Below are positions 58,301-64,000 of a DNA stretch of 64,000 nt, piece by piece. Under the pieces are notes generated by a model that saw only the letters and a list, made by a program, of their open reading frames with translations, was not told where the DNA came from and made no database searches. Source of the stretch: Auanema rhodensis. Its lineage: Eukaryota; Animalia; Nematoda. The stretch covers positions 1 through 64,000 of the forward strand of contig CAXKVF010000092.1 in assembly GCA_964057225.1 (NCBI GenBank), read 5' to 3'. How positions within the stretch are numbered: the stretch's first letter is position 1; every line of letters starts with the position of its first letter. Position numbers and translations under genes: made by a program.

Positions 58301-61300
58301 AACTTTAATTTATGCTAATTAAATGTACACGTGATGTGCACTTGGTATGTAACTCGCTTCACGTGAAAGATAAAGAGATGCGGTTTTCAAAATTAGATTC
58401 CCCATGTCCATATTAGTCTAAAAACAAATTTTTATTGATATTGGTGCATGGTAACCATGACTTTGAAATTTACGTGAACTTTAATTTATGCTAATTAAAT
58501 GTACACGTGATGTGCACTTGGTATGTACCTCGCTTCACGTGAAAGATGAAGAGATGCGGTTTTCAAAATTAGATTCCCCATGTCCATATTAGTCTAAAAA
58601 CAAAATTTGATTGATATTGGTTCATGGTAACCATGACTTTGAAATTTACGTGAACTTTAATTTATGCTAATTAAATGTACACGTGATGTGCACTTGGTAT
58701 GTAACTCGCTTCACGTGAAAGATAAAGAGATGCGGTTTTCAATATTAGATTCCCCATGTCCATATTAGTCTAAAAACAAATTTTTATTGATATTGGTTCA
58801 TGGTAACCATGACTTTGAAATTTACGTGAACTTTAATTTATGCTAATTAAATGTACACGTGATGTGCACTTGGTATGTAACTCGCTTCACGTGAAAGATA
58901 AAGAGATGCGGTTTTCAAAATTAGATTCCCCATGTCCATATTAGTCTAAAAACAAATTTTTATTGATATTGGTGCATGGTAACCATGACTTTGAAATTTA
59001 CGTGAACTTTAATTTATGCTAATTAAATGTACACGTGATGTGCACTTGGTATGTAACTCGCTTCACGTGAAAGATAAAGAGATGCGGTTTTCAAAATTAG
59101 ATTCCCCATGTCCATATTAGTCTAAAAACAAATTTTTATTGATATTGGTGCATGGTAACCATGACTTTGAAATTTACGTGAACTTTAATTTATGCTAATT
59201 AAATGTACACGTGATGTGCACTTGGTATGTAACTCGCTTCACGTGAAAGATAAAGAGATGCGGTTTTCAAAATTAGATTCCCCATGTCCATATTAGTCTA
59301 AAAACAAATTTTTTTGATATTGGTTCATGGTAACCATGACTTTGAAATTTACGTGAACTTTAATTTATGCTAATTAAATGTACACGTGATGTGCACTTGG
59401 TATGTAACTCGCTTCACGTGAAAGATAAAGAGATGCGGTTTTCAAAATTAGATTCCGCATGTCCATATTAGTCTAAAAACAAATTTTTATTGATATTGGT
59501 GCATGGTAACCATGACTTTGAAATTTACGTGAACTTTAATTTATGCTAATTAAATGTACACGTGATGTGCACTTGGTATGTAACTCGCTTCACGTGAAAG
59601 ATAAAGAGATGCGGTTTTCAAAATTAGATTCCCCATGTCCATATTAATCTAAAAACAAATTTTGATTGATATTGGTGCATGGTAACCATGACTTTGAATT
59701 TTACGTGAACTTTAATTTATGCTAATTAAATGTACACGTGATGTGCACTTGGTATGTACCTCGCTTCACGTGAAAGATGAAGAGATGCGGTTTTCAAAAT
59801 TAGATTCCCCATGTCCATATTAGTCTAAAAACAAATTTTGATTGATATTGGTGCATGGTAACCATGACTTTGAATTTTACGTGAACTTTAATTTATGCTA
59901 ATTAAATGTACACGTGATGTGCACTTGGTATGTAACTCGCTTCACGTGAAAGATAAAGAGATGCGGTTTTCAATATTAGATTCCCCATGTCCATATTAGT
60001 CTAAAAACAAATTTTTATTGATATTGGTTCATGGTAACCATGACTTTGAAATTTACGTGAACTTTAATTTATGCTAATTAAATGTACACGTGATGTGCAC
60101 TTGGTATGTAACTCGCTTCACGTGAAAGATAAAGAGATGCGGTTTTCAAAATTAGATTCCCCATGTCCATATTAGTCTAAAAACAAATTTTTATTGATAT
60201 TGGTGCATGGTAACCATGACTTTGAAATTTACGTGAACTTTAATTTATGCTAATTAAATGTACACGTGATGTGCACTTGGTATGTAACTCGCTTCACGTG
60301 AAAGATAAAGAGATGCGGTTTTCAAAATTAGATTCCCCATGTCCATATTAGTCTAAAAACAAATTTTTTTGATATTGGTTCATGGTAACCATGACTTTGA
60401 AATTTACGTGAACTTTAATTTATGCTAATTAAATGTACACGTGATGTGCACTTGGTATGTAACTCGCTTCACGTGAAAGATAAAGAGATGCGGTTTTCAA
60501 AATTAGATTCCGCATGTCCATATTAGTCTAAAAACAAATTTTTATTGATATTGGTGCATGGTAACCATGACTTTGAAATTTACGTGAACTTTAATTTATG
60601 CTAATTAAATGTACACGTGATGTGCACTTGGTATGTAACTCGCTTCACGTGAAAGATAAAGAGATGCGGTTTTCAAAATTAGATTCCCCATGTCCATATT
60701 AGTCTAAAAACAAATTTTTATTGATATTGGTGCATGGTAACCATGACTTTGAAATTTACGTGAACTTTAATTTATGCTAATTAAATGTACACGTGATGTG
60801 CACTTGGTATGTAACTCGCTTCACGTGAAAGATAAAGAGATGCGGTTTTCAAAATTAGATTCCCCATGTCCATATTAGTCTAAAAACAAATTTTTTTGAT
60901 ATTGGTTCATGGTAACCATGACTTTGAAATTTACGTGAACTTTAATTTATGCTAATTAAATGTACACGTGATGTGCACTTGGTATGTAACTCGCTTCACG
61001 TGAAAGATAAAGAGATGCGGTTTTCAAAATTAGATTCCGCATGTCCATATTAGTCTAAAAACAAATTTTTATTGATATTGGTGCATGGTAACCATGACTT
61101 TGAAATTTACGTGAACTTTAATTTATGCTAATTAAATGTACACGTGATGTGCACTTGGTATGTAACTCGCTTCACGTGAAAGATAAAGAGATGCGGTTTT
61201 CAAAATAAGATTCCCCATGTACATATTAGTCTAAAAACAAATTTTTATTGATATTGGCGCATGGTAACCATGACTTTGAAATTTACGTGAACTTTAATTT

Positions 61301-61690
61301 ATGCTAATTAAATGTACACGTGATGTGCACTTGGTATGTAACTCGCTTCACGTGAAAGATAAAGAGATGCGGTTTTCAAAATTAGATTCCCCATGTCCAT
61401 ATTAGTCTTAAAACAAATTTTTATTGATATTGGTTCATGGTAACCATGACTTTGAAATTTACGTGAACTTTAATTTATGCTAATTAAATGTACACGTGAT
61501 GTGCACTTGGTATGTAACTCGCTTCACGTGAAAGATAAAGAGATGCTGTTTTCAAAATTAGATTCCCCATGTCCATATTAGTCTAAAAACAAATTTTTAT
61601 TGATATTAGTTCATGGTAACCATGACTTTGAAATTTACGTGAACTTTAATTTATGCTAATTAAATGTACACGTGATGTGCACTTGGTATG

Positions 61691-61825
61691 TAACTCGCTT
61701 CACGTGAAAGATAAAGAGATGCGGTTTTCAAAATTAGATTCCCCATCATGGTAACCATGACTTTGAAATTTACGTGAACTTTAATTTATGCTAATTAAAT
61801 GTACACGTGATGTGCACTTGGTATG
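61691..61825. other. 135-bp truncated monomer lacking positions 57-97 (41-bp internal deletion)
   Basis: Junction TTCCCCAT|CATGGTAACC at 61746/61747; the next monomer starts at 61826. Confidence 0.95.
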
Positions 61826-64000
61826 TAACTCGCTTCACGTGAAAGATGAAGAGATGCGGTTTTCAAAATTAGATTCCCCATGTCCATATTAGTCTAAAAA
61901 CAAATTTTTATTGATATTGGTGCATGGTAACCATGACTTTGAAATTTACGTGAACTTTAATTTATGCTAATTAAATGTACACGTGATGTGCACTTGGTAT
62001 GTAACTCGCTTCACGTGAAAGATAAAGAGATGCGGTTTTCAAAATTAGATTCCCCATGTCCATATTAGTCTAAAAACAAATTTTTATTGATATTGGTGCA
62101 TGGTAACCATGACTTTGAAATTTACGTGAACTTTAATTTATGCTAATTAAATGTATACGTGATGTGCACTTGGTATGTAACTCGCTTCACGTGAAAGATA
62201 AAGAGATGCGGTTTTCAAAATTAGATTCCCCATGTCCATATTAGTCTAAAAACAAATTTTTATTGATATTGGTTCATGGTAACCATGACTTTGAAATTTA
62301 CGTGAACTTTAATTTATGCTAATTAAATGTATACGTGATGTGCACTTGGTATGTAACTCGCTTCACGTGAAAGATAAAGAGATGCGGTTTTCAAAATTAG
62401 ATTTCCCATGTCCATATTAGTCTAAAAACAAATTTTTATTGATATTGGTTCATGGTAACCATGACTTTGAAATTTACGTGAACTTTAATTTATGCTAATT
62501 AAATGTACACGTGATGTGCACTTGGTATGTAACTCGCTTCACGTGAAAGATAAAGAGATGCGGTTTTCAAAATTAGATTCCCCATGTCCATATTAGTCTA
62601 AAAACAAATTTTTATTGATATTGGTGCATGGTAACCATGACTTTGAAATTTACGTGAACTTTAATTTATGCTAATTAAATGTACACGTGATGTGCACTTG
62701 GTATGTAACTCGCTTCACGTGAAAGATAAAGAGATGCGGTTTTCAAAATTAGATTCCCCATGTCCATATTAGTCTAAAAACAAATTTTTATTGATATTGG
62801 TGCATGGTAACCATGACTTTGAAATTTACGTGAACTTTAATTTATGCTAATTAAATGTATACGTGATGTGCACTTGGTATGTAACTCGCTTCACGTGAAA
62901 GATAAAGAGATGCGGTTTTCAAAATTAGATTCCCCATGTCCATATTAGTCTAAAAACAAATTTTTATTGATATTGGTTCATGGTAACCATGACTTTGAAA
63001 TTTACGTGAACTTTAATTTATGCTAATTAAATGTATACGTGATGTGCACTTGGTATGTAACTCGCTTCACGTGAAAGATAAAGAGATGCGGTTTTCAAAA
63101 TTAGATTCCCCATGTCCATATTAGTCTAAAAACAAATTTTTATTGATATTGGTTCATGGTAACCATGACTTTGAAATTTACGTGAACTTTAATTTATGCT
63201 AATTAAATGTATACGTGATGTGCACTTGGTATGTAACTCGCTTCACGTGAAAGATAAAGAGATGCGGTTTTCAAAATTAGATTCCCCATGTCCATATTAG
63301 TCTAAAAACAAATTTTTATTGATATTGGTGCATGGTAACCATGACTTTGAAATTTACGTGAACTTTAATTTATGCTAATTAAATGTACACGTGATGTGCA
63401 CTTGGTATGTAACTCGCTTCACGTGAAAGATAAAGAGATGCGGTTTTCAAAATTAGATTCCCCATGTCCATATTAGTCTAAAAACAAATTTTTATTGATA
63501 TTGGTTCATGGTAACCATGACTTTGAAATTTACGTGAACTTTAATTTATGCTAATTAAATGTACACGTGATGTGCACTTGGTATGTAACTCGCTTCACGT
63601 GAAAGATAAAGAGAGGCGGTTTTCAAAATTAGATTCCCCATGTCCATATTAGTCTAAAAACAAATTTCTATTGATATTGGTGCATGGTAACCATGACTTT
63701 GAAATTTACGTGAACTTTAATTTATGCTAATTAAATGTACACGTGATGTGCACTTGGTATGTAACTCGCTTCACGTGAAAGATAAAGAGATGCGGTTTTC
63801 AAAATTAGATTCCCCATGTCCATATTAGTCTAAAAACAAATTTTTATTGATATTGGTGCATGGTAACCATGACTTTGAAATTTACGTGAACTTTAATTTA
63901 TGCTAATTAAATGTACACGTGATGTGCACTTGGTATGTAACTCGCTTCACGTGAAAGATAAAGAGATGCGGTTTTCAAAATTAGATTCCCCATGTCCATA

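Larger units (their letters stand above)
42336..61338. repeat. Distinct satellite sub-domain defined by A3C, A42T, C53T, T84G, delA85, A119T and T122C
   Basis: These variants are frequent here and essentially absent upstream (one T84G at 15044). T120G, common upstream, was last seen near 35592. Confidence 0.85.
1..64000. repeat. 176-bp tandem satellite array (~364 monomers, highly homogeneous), probably centromeric/pericentromeric; runs off both window ends
   Basis: TAACTCGCTT recurs at 1, 177, 353 ... 2641 (=1+15x176), 5281, 26401, with an exact 176-bp period until the first indel at 28964/28965. No non-satellite sequence or inversion was seen. The satellite itself is seen directly; the centromeric role is inferred. 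Confidence 0.98.

Noticed and set aside
1-64000. CRISPR array or other repeat-spacer system
   Set aside because: The palindromic motifs are separated by invariant sequence. There are no unique spacers, leader or cas genes.

Overview
The whole 64-kb window is one uninterrupted head-to-tail tandem array of a 176-bp AT-rich satellite. It holds about 364 monomers, all in one orientation, at about 32% GC by hand count of the consensus. Consensus: TAACTCGCTTCACGTGAAAGATAAAGAGATGCGGTTTTCAAAATTAGATTCCCCATGTCCATATTAGTCTAAAAACAAATTTTTATTGATATTGGT(G/T)CATGGTAACCATGACTTTGAAATTTACGTGAACTTTAATTTATGCTAATTAAATGTACACGTGATGTGCACTTGGTATG. Monomers differ from consensus by only about 0-4 substitutions. I see no genes, RNA genes, transposons or CRISPR; the two listed ORFs arise from one stop-removing SNP in the satellite. 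Size, homogeneity and dyad content are typical of a eukaryotic centromeric or pericentromeric satellite (inference), and I could not assign it to a named family or species. The informative signal is in the variants: nested local higher-order duplications (3-, 4-, 5-, 8-, 9-, 10- and 14-mers), long-range block copies (about 11, 21, 25 and 27 kb apart), a distinct variant domain at about 42.3-61.3 kb, and two larger deletions (80 and 41 bp) that both break at the same palindrome. Variant names such as T120G give the position within the 176-bp monomer, numbered from TAACTCG. All counts were made by eye.
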